From a virus (taxonomy: Duplodnaviria > Caudoviricetes), in IMG/VR virus record IMGVR_UViG_3300016467_000186, positions 1 through 26,168 of that record: DNA of 26,168 nt; one strand, given 5' to 3'. Position numbers and translations under genes: made by a program. Below the pieces are notes generated by a model. That model made no database searches and was not told the origin of the DNA. It was given only the letters and a program-made list of their open reading frames with translations. Shown one piece after another: positions 16,694 through 26,158 of this stretch (position 1 is the stretch's first letter; the number at the start of each line of letters is the position of its first letter).

Positions 16694-16933
16694 ATGAAAT
16701 TGACACTTCAATATGTCCAGAAGGCAATCAGCAAAGATAAAAGGTTTTCGAAAGATTGCATCGATATTTTAGAAGAAGGCCAGATCGCGGTTTGGCTCGA
16801 TCCAGAATATACATGGGATAAAGCCGAAGGCCATCGAACTGTAGAGCATTTCTCAATCGAAGATGGGCATAATCCGCAGGATACAGTCGGCGAATTCAAA
16901 TATCGTTTATCATTTATTGAAAAAGCAATTTGA
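16694..16933 (+). CDS. Hypothetical protein, cassette gene 1 (79 aa)
   Basis: GGAGAACCAAAATG initiation site; fills the gap between minus-strand genes. Confidence 0.8.
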   Translation: MKLTLQYVQKAISKDKRFSKDCIDILEEGQIAVWLDPEYTWDKAEGHRTVEHFSIEDGHNPQDTVGEFKYRLSFIEKAI

Positions 16934-16951
16934 AATAGGAGAACCAAAAAT

Positions 16952-17224
16952 ATGAAAAAAATCACTCGTCAAAAAGTGAATATTTTTTGCAAACAAAACG
17001 GTATTGAATTGGAAGTTCATATTCCAGTTAACCGTTTCATTGAAAAACAAACTTTCCATGTTCATGCTTATGCCCCGCAAGGAAAAACTTTTGATGATTA
17101 TTCTCATAATATTTCTTGTTGGGATAGTTATGATGAAAAACCAGATTGGTCATATATCCTTCAAACACTAAACAATCATCCGCTTACAGACTGCACAAAT
17201 CCAGATTGTGAAGTTTGTGAATAA
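16952..17224 (+). CDS. Hypothetical protein, cassette gene 2 (90 aa), possible Zn-binding C-terminus
   Basis: GGAGAACCAAAAATATG initiation site; ends in CTNPDCEVCE. Confidence 0.8.
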   Translation: MKKITRQKVNIFCKQNGIELEVHIPVNRFIEKQTFHVHAYAPQGKTFDDYSHNISCWDSYDEKPDWSYILQTLNNHPLTDCTNPDCEVCE

Positions 17225-17240
17225 AAATAGGAGAAACAAA

Positions 17241-17528
17241 ATGTTCAGCGTTTCAATTCATCTCGTCGATCAGGCTTATGGTGGTCCAGAAGAAGGCGGT
17301 TGGTGGTATCAATATGGATCGCCTGATGAAGATTATTCGAAATTTACTCGCTTCTTCAATACGCGGGATGAAGCCCGTAAATATGGCGAAAAACTTGATT
17401 CAATGATCGCAGAACTGAATAAAAATCGTCCAAGTATTAGTTCTGTCTCCTCGATTGGTCGCTATCAATGGATGATTCAAGACGATCTTCCGCATGAATG
17501 GCCTAAACAAGTTCCACATTACGAATAA
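17241..17528 (+). CDS. Hypothetical protein, cassette gene 3 (95 aa; start re-called at 17241)
   Basis: GGAGAAACAAAATG initiation site; YGGPEEGGWWY motif and terminal PHYE. Confidence 0.8.
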   Translation: MFSVSIHLVDQAYGGPEEGGWWYQYGSPDEDYSKFTRFFNTRDEARKYGEKLDSMIAELNKNRPSISSVSSIGRYQWMIQDDLPHEWPKQVPHYE

Positions 17529-17529
17529 T

Positions 17530-17563
17530 AAAAAAGGCGGGAGATGATCCCGCCTTCTCTATT
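17530..17563. terminator. Intrinsic terminator after the capsid gene, probably bidirectional
   Basis: 9-bp stem AAGGCGGGA (17534-42)/TCCCGCCTT (17548-56); U6 tract on minus strand, weaker TTCTCTATT tail on plus; between convergent genes. Confidence 0.85.
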
Positions 17564-17582
17564 CCAGAACCTAAAATCCGAA

Positions 17583-20465
17583 TTAGGTCGTGGTGTAGTC
17601 CTTAACAGCCGCGAACGACTCAGCATGGCGAACGCCGACATCAACGTCTTGGAAGAAGGCCAAGCGAGTGCCGCCTGAAGTCGAGAGCGAAGCCGTATCG
17701 ACAACCACATCAACGCCGCTCCACATACCGATGAAGATATCGTTGAAGTTACCGAAGATCATCGCCGAGCAGACACCCGAAGAAGTGCCCTTCGTGAGAT
17801 CACTCGGAACAAGGTTCGTCGAGACAACATCGTATCCGAGCAACTTGTTCGCATCGTTGAGGATGAAGTTACCTTCAACACCAGACGACTGACGAGCCGT
17901 TGCGCGGAGTTTCGCAATAACTTTCGGGTTCGTCAGATAGGCGAGATTGCCTGTCGCCGCATTAGCAACTGCAACTGCACGCTCAAGAGCCACAACCGAA
18001 GCCCAAGTAGGAGCGCCGCCGTTCGTGCCGATCGCCACTGCACCGATACCTGAAGTGCCGAGGATACCCGTAGGCTCATTCGAAGAACCGCCTTCGATCG
18101 CCACATCGTCGATCTTCGCCGCGATCTGGCTGATGATGTCGTTACGGAGAACCGCTTCAACCGAAGGATCAGACTGGATCATCATGCGACGAGAGATATC
18201 GACATAACCCGCGACAGTCTTTGGTGTCATGCTGAGTTGACCAAACACCGGAGCGCCTTCGGTCGGAGCAGAAGTTTCACCGACGAAAGCAACCGTTGTC
18301 TTGGTTGCCAACTTAGGAATCGCCACATTGCCTTGGAGACCTGTGAGCATACGAGCGCCGAGACCCGCCATAACAAGCGTATCGCGGAGAGCATCGATAT
18401 AGAGATCGCCACGCTGATCGGTGCCGATCATATAGCCGCCCTTCGATGTGCCTGTGCCTGTGCCGGAGATAACGTCGCGCTTGCTCCAACCGATATCAGC
18501 AGGAACGTAGAAACCGCGAGCATCTTTACCGATACGAGTGCCGATTTCTTGCGAAATTTCACGCTCGAAACCCGCCTTCGACCAATCACCAGTAGCAGAA
18601 GCATTGATCGCGCGAAGGAGCGAATAGGATTGTGCTTCACGCGAATTGAGACCGACATTATTCGGATTTGAAACGATCGCATCCGAACCGAGGCTTTCAA
18701 TCAATTCACCACGGAACTGCTCAACTGAAACGCCACGAGCAATCGCCTTTTCAGCGAGATCGCGTTTATTCAATTTCGCACCGATGGCGAGAATTTCCGC
18801 ATTTGCTTTCGCGATGGACGCGCGGAGTTCGTCCGTTTTAACTTCGGTCATTTCCAGACCCTCCAATGAGTTAGAGATAATTTCAACCGACCGCCCAACA
18901 CCAACCGACATATCGGCAGGAATTGATACAATCGATGCTTCCAAAGGAGTCCAAGAATTGACGCGATAGACCGTCCCGTCCACGCTATCATCCCGAACCA
19001 TTTTATTGACACGATAACCGACAGAAACATTCTGACGAATACCGTCAACGACATCTTGGAAAACCTCTCCTGCAAGCACGCCTTTTCCAAAGCGAACAGT
19101 CGCGCGCATCACACGCGCCGAGCTATCGACGGTCACTTCCTCGATGATTCCGATTTGCTGTTCTGGATCGTGGTCCAAAAGGAGCGGAGCGCGACCAGAT
19201 GCAAGAAAACTAAGATCAATAGAAGCCGGATTATGATCCAAAACTTCCATTCCGAACGACCGTTCGACAGGCAATTCCGAAGAAACTGCGATCTGAACTC
19301 GACGTTCTGATTCATTAACAGGATTAGCCATCATATCGACGGCTCGACGCGAAATAGCATCCTTGTCTGCTCTCATAATCTCGCCAACTGGCAAAGGCAT
19401 TGCCATCGCAGGAGAGGCTTCGAGCGGGTTTAGCTGAACTGGCGGAGCAACATCCATCAATGTTTCAGGAGATTCAGGCTCTTCCATTTCTGGCGGCTCA
19501 TCTTCTGAATACATCTTTTCCTTGGCAAACGTGATGACATAAGTCTCGTCGTTCTCAGCAACATTGAGAATATGCCGCTTTTCAATTTTTGAATCGCTGT
19601 TTTTCATTCCCGTTGCTTCCTCAAAAATCATCGGTTTGAAGTCGTGATCCTGTAACCATTGCCGAGCCTGAGCCGCCGTAAACTTGTCAGCCTTGAAACG
19701 GATCGCTTGAAGTTCCGTTTTTCCTGCCTTCACACCATATATCGCATCTATGCCATCGCCAAAATCGTTATTTTTTCGAGCGAATGAATCATACTGCGCC
19801 GGATCGGTCAGTCTTGCCGCGTGTTCATTCGGATAAGGCCGCATATCCGTATAAGAACGGAGCGATTCAATTTTCCGCAATGTCGAAAATTTGTGACCGA
19901 CTAAAGTATCAGTCGGCTCCCATCCTTCCTCTGTATTCTGGAAAATACGGATCAAAGCCGCCGGATCATCTGCCGAAGCATTGATTGAGAATTCACTATC
20001 AGGAATGCCGAGAACGCCTTCCCGCATGATGTGTTCGATCTGACCTCTGGCTATGCCGCCGGAAGAATCCCATGAAACAAAATCGCCGACGCTGAGAGCA
20101 TCTGGAGCCGCCCGATCCTGATTATCAATCCGATCCATCTGATCCACCTTTCGATTGGCCCATGCCATACCAGAATCGCCGGACCAAAGCGCCCAAGCGA
20201 TCCGACCATTTGAAGGATAGCCATCTTCACCCTGCCGGAATCCTTGCGCCTGTTTATCGACCTCATGCCGAGCGAAGAATGATTTCATTCGCCGAACCGT
20301 ATCGGGAGAAAGATCGACCCTGTTCTTGATATCTCTGGCTCTGGCGATCCCGACCTCAGTTCCGCCACGACCGAATTCCTGCCGCCAAGCAAGGCCGCGT
20401 TCTGCCTCAGCGACCATCGCATCCGTAGGAACAAGATCGATCGAGACTCCCTTATATTCAGCCAT
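17583..20465 (-). CDS. Fusion of N-terminal accessory modules, HK97-type prohead protease, delta domain and HK97-fold major capsid protein
   Basis: Protease motifs LLLDHD, NVSVGY, EASIVSIPAD; capsid motifs MTPKTVAGYVDISRRM, EPTGIL, IFGNF, DVGVRHAESF; ATG 20465 overlaps portal stop. Confidence 0.93.
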   Translation of the reverse strand: MAEYKGVSIDLVPTDAMVAEAERGLAWRQEFGRGGTEVGIARARDIKNRVDLSPDTVRRMKSFFARHEVDKQAQGFRQGEDGYPSNGRIAWALWSGDSGMAWANRKVDQMDRIDNQDRAAPDALSVGDFVSWDSSGGIARGQIEHIMREGVLGIPDSEFSINASADDPAALIRIFQNTEEGWEPTDTLVGHKFSTLRKIESLRSYTDMRPYPNEHAARLTDPAQYDSFARKNNDFGDGIDAIYGVKAGKTELQAIRFKADKFTAAQARQWLQDHDFKPMIFEEATGMKNSDSKIEKRHILNVAENDETYVITFAKEKMYSEDEPPEMEEPESPETLMDVAPPVQLNPLEASPAMAMPLPVGEIMRADKDAISRRAVDMMANPVNESERRVQIAVSSELPVERSFGMEVLDHNPASIDLSFLASGRAPLLLDHDPEQQIGIIEEVTVDSSARVMRATVRFGKGVLAGEVFQDVVDGIRQNVSVGYRVNKMVRDDSVDGTVYRVNSWTPLEASIVSIPADMSVGVGRSVEIISNSLEGLEMTEVKTDELRASIAKANAEILAIGAKLNKRDLAEKAIARGVSVEQFRGELIESLGSDAIVSNPNNVGLNSREAQSYSLLRAINASATGDWSKAGFEREISQEIGTRIGKDARGFYVPADIGWSKRDVISGTGTGTSKGGYMIGTDQRGDLYIDALRDTLVMAGLGARMLTGLQGNVAIPKLATKTTVAFVGETSAPTEGAPVFGQLSMTPKTVAGYVDISRRMMIQSDPSVEAVLRNDIISQIAAKIDDVAIEGGSSNEPTGILGTSGIGAVAIGTNGGAPTWASVVALERAVAVANAATGNLAYLTNPKVIAKLRATARQSSGVEGNFILNDANKLLGYDVVSTNLVPSDLTKGTSSGVCSAMIFGNFNDIFIGMWSGVDVVVDTASLSTSGGTRLAFFQDVDVGVRHAESFAAVKDYTTT

Positions 20466-21942
20466 CGGAGCCACCTGTCACACTCGGATTTGCCGGAAGT
20501 TTCGATCCAAACGGTTGGAAAGCTGTCTCGATGCCATACTGCTTCGCCAGTTCCTTTTCCGATTCGATCTGAGCAAAGACTTCTTCGACATCCCGACCAT
20601 AATGAGAGGCAATATCCTGCATGGTTGTAATGCCGTTTTGGAGACCAATCACATGAGCATTGATTTCCTTCTGAGGATCGACCCAATTCCAACCGCGCGC
20701 CCGATAAATGATATTGTCTGCGAACTTATCGAACTTCGTGACAGGTATCGTAACCTGATTAGTTGACATAGCCAAGGACAGCCATTTGCGGAAAATAGGA
20801 TCGATAAAATGCTCGATCATGAATTGCTGAAGCATCTTATAGTGGTCTCGATCTTCCATCGCGCCTTGGCGAATTGAGGAATACGAAACGCCTTCGAGAT
20901 TATTGGCAAGGCTGACATAGGAGACACCCAAGCCCGAAGCAATGCCGCGCAGAACCGCCTTTTCGAACTCAGCGAAGGCCGAAACCGGATGTTGAGGATC
21001 GAAGGCAGTGAAACTCATTCCCTTCGGAAGCTGTTCAAACGTAGCCGGAGCCGCTTCCATAATTGGAGCGTGATAATCTTCCATATCTACGCCGGAATAG
21101 CCGTCGCCGTCAGGAGATGTGAAGAAACCCATCTTCGAGGCCGCGACTCTCGCCGCGACAAGTTCCGCTTCCTCATATCCATCAAGCATTTTCAAGCGAG
21201 TGAGAGCGGTTGCCATCCAAGGGAACCCGCGAGTCTGTCCCGATCGATCGGATAAGAAGATATGCAGAATTTCATCCGCCGGAACGCGAATGCGTTTTAC
21301 CGAGACACCCGCAGTAAATTGCTGATCTGCCGGATGATTAGCTAATAACCAATAGGCGATAGGTTTCCCGAATTTATCGACCTCGACACCCATCCGAATC
21401 TGATTCCCATTCGGGCCGACAGGCATATTATAATTCTCGTCGAGATAGTCGCTTTCAAAAAATTGAATTGCGAAACCCCAAGGATTATCCCGAGTTTCCA
21501 CAAAGCGAACGATGCACTCACCATCCCGCGCGACATTGGAAATGAACATCCGCTGACAATCAAGCCATGACATCTTGCCATCCATCGTCGGCGTTCCGCG
21601 ACGACCCCAGATATCCCATTGCCGCTCGATGATCGAGTTCCCGACCGTATCGAGAGAGCCGTCTGAATTACGCGCCCGAACTTGAATTCGAACACCTGTA
21701 TCGCCGACCACATTCGTTTCAATCATCTGCAAATAGCGTTTAGCGTAGTCGTTATTACGAGCAACATCGCGGCACCTGTCGCGCACCCTGCGAAGAACAG
21801 GACGAATTTCACTGTCAGCCGATAGAGTGCTTGCCACAAAATCAGCAAAAAGCCGACCAGTTGCCGCCGCAGTATAGGACCGCTTCGGAAATTTATATCC
21901 ATTCGGAGTTCTTTTCTCACGAAAAAAGTCAAATAGACCCAT
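20458..21942 (-). CDS. Portal protein, lambda family
   Basis: RCRDVARNNDYA, IRMGVE, QTRGFPW, VSYSSIRQG, WVDPQKE. Confidence 0.95.
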   Translation of the reverse strand: MGLFDFFREKRTPNGYKFPKRSYTAAATGRLFADFVASTLSADSEIRPVLRRVRDRCRDVARNNDYAKRYLQMIETNVVGDTGVRIQVRARNSDGSLDTVGNSIIERQWDIWGRRGTPTMDGKMSWLDCQRMFISNVARDGECIVRFVETRDNPWGFAIQFFESDYLDENYNMPVGPNGNQIRMGVEVDKFGKPIAYWLLANHPADQQFTAGVSVKRIRVPADEILHIFLSDRSGQTRGFPWMATALTRLKMLDGYEEAELVAARVAASKMGFFTSPDGDGYSGVDMEDYHAPIMEAAPATFEQLPKGMSFTAFDPQHPVSAFAEFEKAVLRGIASGLGVSYVSLANNLEGVSYSSIRQGAMEDRDHYKMLQQFMIEHFIDPIFRKWLSLAMSTNQVTIPVTKFDKFADNIIYRARGWNWVDPQKEINAHVIGLQNGITTMQDIASHYGRDVEEVFAQIESEKELAKQYGIETAFQPFGSKLPANPSVTGGSDG

Positions 21943-21944
21943 TT

Positions 21945-22514
21945 TCAGAACCTCACGCGGATCGTCTGGCCCGTCGCTTGACCAAGTTTTTTCCGATATT
22001 CCCGCTTCTGTTTGACAAGTTCACCCATATAATAATCGCGCCATTCGAGCAGATCAGCGACACCCATCCGAGTCAGCGATCGACCATTGATCGAATAACT
22101 CGCCACATCCTGATCGGCGCGACCTTGCAGAATAGATTCAATTTTCTTGACCATAATCTCGGCATGAGACCGAGGATCAGCCGACCCGTTATCGAGATCG
22201 GCGATAATTGTCCACATTCCGCGCTCGATGACGATCCGGTTAGTGCCATCGCTCATTTCCAACTGCCAATGGTATTCACCCGCAGTGAATCCGGCAGAAG
22301 TCGCGCTCGTTACCGTGAATAGGAAATTACCATCCGAGGCAGTTGAGGAAACTTGAATCTCGGTTGCAGTCGCCGCGATCTTGGCAACATAGGTCGCCGT
22401 GTAGGTCGTCGGCGAATAATCAGGAAAGTTTCTGCGCCAAAGAAGATAATCGCCAACCACGATCTCGGTCGGCGTTTCCATAGGCGATTCAGAAACATTG
22501 AAAAGATTTGCCAT
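21945..22514 (-). CDS. Head-tail adaptor with gpW-like C-terminus and extra N-terminal beta domain
   Basis: SYSINGRSLTRM..ADLLEWRDYY, terminal IRVRF; between terminase and portal; GGAG SD. Confidence 0.72.
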   Translation of the reverse strand: MANLFNVSESPMETPTEIVVGDYLLWRRNFPDYSPTTYTATYVAKIAATATEIQVSSTASDGNFLFTVTSATSAGFTAGEYHWQLEMSDGTNRIVIERGMWTIIADLDNGSADPRSHAEIMVKKIESILQGRADQDVASYSINGRSLTRMGVADLLEWRDYYMGELVKQKREYRKKLGQATGQTIRVRF

Positions 22515-22517
22515 CAA

Positions 22518-24338
22518 TTATCTCCACGAATTGACAAATCCGCCTTTTGGTCTTTGTCGCATCGGTCGTCTGATCGGAGTATTCTGCTCAGATATTTGTA
22601 ACTCATTTCCATCCGCGACAATAGCAGAGGCTCTTTCCTGTCGATCGGCGATCGAATTCACGTTCAAATTCAGGATCGCCAGAGCCGCCATCGCATAGAT
22701 TCGACAGTCGAGCGCCTCATTCCGAGGCCGTATCTTCTGCCATTCGCGCCTCAAAAAGCCCTTATGATAGCGTTTCACTTGCTGTTCAGCCGTCAACTGC
22801 CGGAAATATTCAACATCATAATGATCTGGAAAGTGGCAATATCCGGCTCCTGCTTGAGTAATTTTGAATCTTGAATAGACCGTTTCCTTGGCTGTATCGA
22901 CACCGACAGGAAATAATTTGATCTTCCCGATATTGTTCGTCGATGGTCGAGAAATCAAAGGCTTTGCCTCTCCGCCGACACCCTTGATCGCAAACACTCT
23001 GCGACCTTCGCGCGGTCGAACATAGTTATAGACCGATTGTGTATGATGACCGCCGGAATCCACGCAAGCCGCTCGAACAAATAATTCCTTGCCGCCTTCT
23101 GTCGTCCAAGTTTGATTGAGAGCCGCATCTAAATCTGACCAAACAGCACCGCCGGACGGATCACCATAAAGAGTTCGATAATCGAGCGACCAAGATTCTT
23201 CATTTCGTCCCCATCCGACAATTTCAACTTCGAGTCGATCGTCTTGAACGTCAACTCCTGCGGTTACAATCACAATGCCATCAGGAAGGCTATCGAGATA
23301 ATCTTCTTTTCGATTTATGAGTTCAATATCATCAACTCTTTCGCCTTGTTCTTCCCATGTCTCTCCGAGATATGTATTCACCCACACTCTCAAAGTCGCG
23401 GGTTGCTTTCGCGCTTCAAGAAATTCTCGGACACCGTCTGAAAGCATCATCCAAGGCGAATAAAGAGCGTTCAAATAAAATCCTGCAATGCCTTTGAATT
23501 CGCGTTCAGATCGCCATTCTCCTTTTTTAATCGCTCTCAGTCTCGATGAATCATCCCACTGAGAACCGCATTCCTCGCAAGTATAGACTGCCGTTTCTGG
23601 TTTATCTTTCTCGAAGTTTACATTCGTCCATTTCAGTGTTTGATAATGACCGCAATCTTCACAAGGAACATAGTATTGTCTTTGATCGCTTTCCTCGAAA
23701 GCTATCTCGATGCGCGATGCTCCTTTGATTGTTGGAGTCGAAGCAAGAATGAATTTTCTATTCCAGAAAGTGACTGACCGTTTCTTTGCAAGCAATATCG
23801 GATCGCCTTCCGCTCCTGCCGAAACAGGATAACGATCTACTTCGTCGCAAAGAACAATTCGGATAGGACGAGATGCCAAGTTCGCCGCCGAGTTCGCTCC
23901 TGCCATCGTGATATGACCGCCAGAAAAAACTTTATGCAAAGTTGTATTTCCAGAATCCCTTGTTCGAGGATCAGCAACTTTTCCTTGAAGGCATGGAGTA
24001 TCGCGTAGCATTGGAGCGAGTCGATCCTTCGACCATGCTTCTGCCATCTGCAAAGTCGGCTGAACAACGAGGATAGGAGACGGGTCTTGATCGATGTGAT
24101 AGCCGACGAGATTATTGAGAATCTCCGTCTTCCCGATCTGAGCCGATGACATAATCACAACTTCGGAAACAGTCGGATCAGAAATTGCGTCCATAATTCC
24201 GCGCTGATATTCAGCTCTACTCGTCTGCCATTGACCCGCTTCGGAACTTGCTTCTGGCGATAGCTTTCGATTCTGATCAGCCCAATCACTGACTTTCAGA
24301 TTCGGTGGCGACTTCCATGACTTCACCGTCAGCTTCAT
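22518..24338 (-). CDS. terL: Terminase large subunit, lambda gpA family (start probably 24338)
   Basis: Walker A SAQIGKTE, Walker B VLCDEVDRY, STPT coupling motif, CxxC pairs, nuclease AGVDVQDDRLE, RNEALDC; GGAG SD before 24338. Confidence 0.96.
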   Translation of the reverse strand: MKLTVKSWKSPPNLKVSDWADQNRKLSPEASSEAGQWQTSRAEYQRGIMDAISDPTVSEVVIMSSAQIGKTEILNNLVGYHIDQDPSPILVVQPTLQMAEAWSKDRLAPMLRDTPCLQGKVADPRTRDSGNTTLHKVFSGGHITMAGANSAANLASRPIRIVLCDEVDRYPVSAGAEGDPILLAKKRSVTFWNRKFILASTPTIKGASRIEIAFEESDQRQYYVPCEDCGHYQTLKWTNVNFEKDKPETAVYTCEECGSQWDDSSRLRAIKKGEWRSEREFKGIAGFYLNALYSPWMMLSDGVREFLEARKQPATLRVWVNTYLGETWEEQGERVDDIELINRKEDYLDSLPDGIVIVTAGVDVQDDRLEVEIVGWGRNEESWSLDYRTLYGDPSGGAVWSDLDAALNQTWTTEGGKELFVRAACVDSGGHHTQSVYNYVRPREGRRVFAIKGVGGEAKPLISRPSTNNIGKIKLFPVGVDTAKETVYSRFKITQAGAGYCHFPDHYDVEYFRQLTAEQQVKRYHKGFLRREWQKIRPRNEALDCRIYAMAALAILNLNVNSIADRQERASAIVADGNELQISEQNTPIRRPMRQRPKGGFVNSWR

Positions 24339-24846
24339 CGTCTCCAGTGACTTCGGAGTTGCCGAGTATTGGATTGATGGTTCTGATCTCTGCATTTGCT
24401 AGTTCATCCAGTGCCGAATAAATTTCGTCTTTTATTATATCACGAATTTCGTTTAAGTTTTTAGAAGCAAAAACAACTGGAGCGACTTTCGTCGGAATTG
24501 CGATTAGTCGATTACGAGCATTCGACACAATAGAATTCCAAGCCAACTCAACATCAGTAGAAGGTATAAGCCGATTCTCCATCTGCGCTCGTTCCATTTC
24601 TGTGATGTCTGCTCTTGCTTTTGTGAGTCGTGTTCGATGTGTTGAATAATCGTCTCCATGAACATCTCCGCGAACTGCTCTTTCGCGTAAGAATTTGATA
24701 TATGCGCGAACAACCGGAACAACCTCATACCGACCGCGCTCTTGCCTTGGAATAACACCTTGCGATGTAAGTTGAGAAATTCGCGCAGGAGTTAGATCAA
24801 GAAGTTTGCATATCGTATCAAGAGGAACTGTTGTGACCGCGCTCAT
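24286..24846 (-). CDS. terS: Terminase small subunit, Nu1-like
   Basis: N-terminal winged HTH (LLDLTPARISQL..QGVI...GRY), coiled coil RTRLTKARAD; upstream of gpA. Confidence 0.88.
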   Translation of the reverse strand: MSAVTTVPLDTICKLLDLTPARISQLTSQGVIPRQERGRYEVVPVVRAYIKFLRERAVRGDVHGDDYSTHRTRLTKARADITEMERAQMENRLIPSTDVELAWNSIVSNARNRLIAIPTKVAPVVFASKNLNEIRDIIKDEIYSALDELANAEIRTINPILGNSEVTGDDEADGEVMEVATESESQ

Positions 24847-26074
24847 TACTCATCTCATCAAATGTTTTTCCGGTCTCAGAATGAATAGCTTTCTTTCCAG
24901 TGAAATCCTGCCATCGACGAATGATCACATCACAATATTTTGGATCAAGTTCCATTAAATACGCAACACGACCATTTTTTTCTGCCGCTAATAAAGTCGT
25001 TCCAGAACCTCCAAAACTATCTAATACAATGTCGCCACCTTTAGTATTATTCAGCATTTGATATTCAAATAAGGCAACAGGTTTCATAGTCGGATGTTCA
25101 GCATTTCTTGATGGACGATCAAATTCAAGAATGGTTGTTTGTTTTCGATCAGCCGCCCAAAGATGTCCTGCTCCATCTTTCCAACCATAGAGACAAGGCT
25201 CATGTTTCCAATGATAGTCTTGGCGACCCATCACCATCGTTTGTTTTTTCCAAATGAGGCACTGGCGAACTTTCCATCCCGCATCCATTGCCGCACCGCG
25301 AAAATTAAAACCTTCTGAATCCGCATGCCAAATATAGAAAACAGCTCCTGCCTTCATCACAGCATCTGCGGCGGTATATGAATCTCTCAAAAATTGACGA
25401 AACGAATCATCATCCATTTCATCATTTTTGATTTTAAGAGCGTCTTTTGTCTTTCCTTCATACGCGACATTATATGGCGGATCAGTCAGCCACATATCGA
25501 CGAGCGTTTTATTGGTCAGAGTCTCCATTGCATCGATGCTTGTGCTATCGCCGCACATCAGCCGATGCTTTCCGAGTGTCCAGATGTCACCGAGAACCGT
25601 GATTGCAGTTTCTTGAACCTCAGGAACATCGTCAGGATCGGTCTGTCCTTCGACAGCCTCGACGAGAAGTTTCGCAAGTTCCTCTTCGCTGAATCCGGTC
25701 AGCGACAAATCGAAATCTTCCGATTCTAAATCCTTTAATTCCAAGGCGAGAAGATCGTCATCCCATCCGGCATTGAGCGCCAGTTTGTTATCCGCGATTA
25801 CATACGCCTTCTTCTGGACTTCGGTCAGATGGGAAAGCCGGATGCAAGGAACATCCTTAATTTTCAGGAGATGCGCCGCCGCCAATCTGCCATGACCCGC
25901 GATGATCTGATTATTTTCATCAATTAGAATCGGATTCGTGAATCCAAATTCTTTAATTGAACTAGCAATTTGTTGAATTTGAGCCTCGGAATGCGTCCTA
26001 GAATTCCGCGCATAGGGGAGCAAAATTGCGGTTTTTAGCGTTTCAATTTTCTTTGGAATTGTGGGTTCGTTCAT
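24818..26074 (-). CDS. ParB/Srx-like N-terminal domain fused to beta-class N6A/N4C DNA methyltransferase
   Basis: PYARNSRTH, FGFTNPIL, IIAGHGR, IADNKL; motif IV DPPY precedes HPTMKP and motif I DSFGGSGTT. Start 26074 or 26089. Confidence 0.92.
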   Translation of the reverse strand: MNEPTIPKKIETLKTAILLPYARNSRTHSEAQIQQIASSIKEFGFTNPILIDENNQIIAGHGRLAAAHLLKIKDVPCIRLSHLTEVQKKAYVIADNKLALNAGWDDDLLALELKDLESEDFDLSLTGFSEEELAKLLVEAVEGQTDPDDVPEVQETAITVLGDIWTLGKHRLMCGDSTSIDAMETLTNKTLVDMWLTDPPYNVAYEGKTKDALKIKNDEMDDDSFRQFLRDSYTAADAVMKAGAVFYIWHADSEGFNFRGAAMDAGWKVRQCLIWKKQTMVMGRQDYHWKHEPCLYGWKDGAGHLWAADRKQTTILEFDRPSRNAEHPTMKPVALFEYQMLNNTKGGDIVLDSFGGSGTTLLAAEKNGRVAYLMELDPKYCDVIIRRWQDFTGKKAIHSETGKTFDEMSNERGHNSSS

Positions 26075-26116
26075 TTTTTTAAGTCTCATTTAGGAATCTA
26101 TGGCTAGAAAAAGATC

Positions 26117-26158
26117 GCGGTCGCGCGTTACCCGCATATAAAACCCGTGGAAGGACCC
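26117..26158 (-). other. Putative cos site (cosQ plus cosN)
   Basis: Minus strand GGGTCCT (26158-26152), identical to lambda cosQ, then 16 bp, then GC-rich partial dyad GCGGGTAACGCGCGACCGC; upstream of Nu1/gpA operon. Confidence 0.7.

Noticed and set aside
16708-17107. Minus-strand ORFs 16708-16965 and 16910-17107 that would keep the operon co-directional
   Set aside because: Lack SD sites and look like antisense translations; the plus-strand ORFs have strong repeated initiation signals.
16594-17563. Cassette as an IS or transposon
   Set aside because: No transposase or integrase, no terminal inverted repeats shared by both ends, and no target-site duplication seen.
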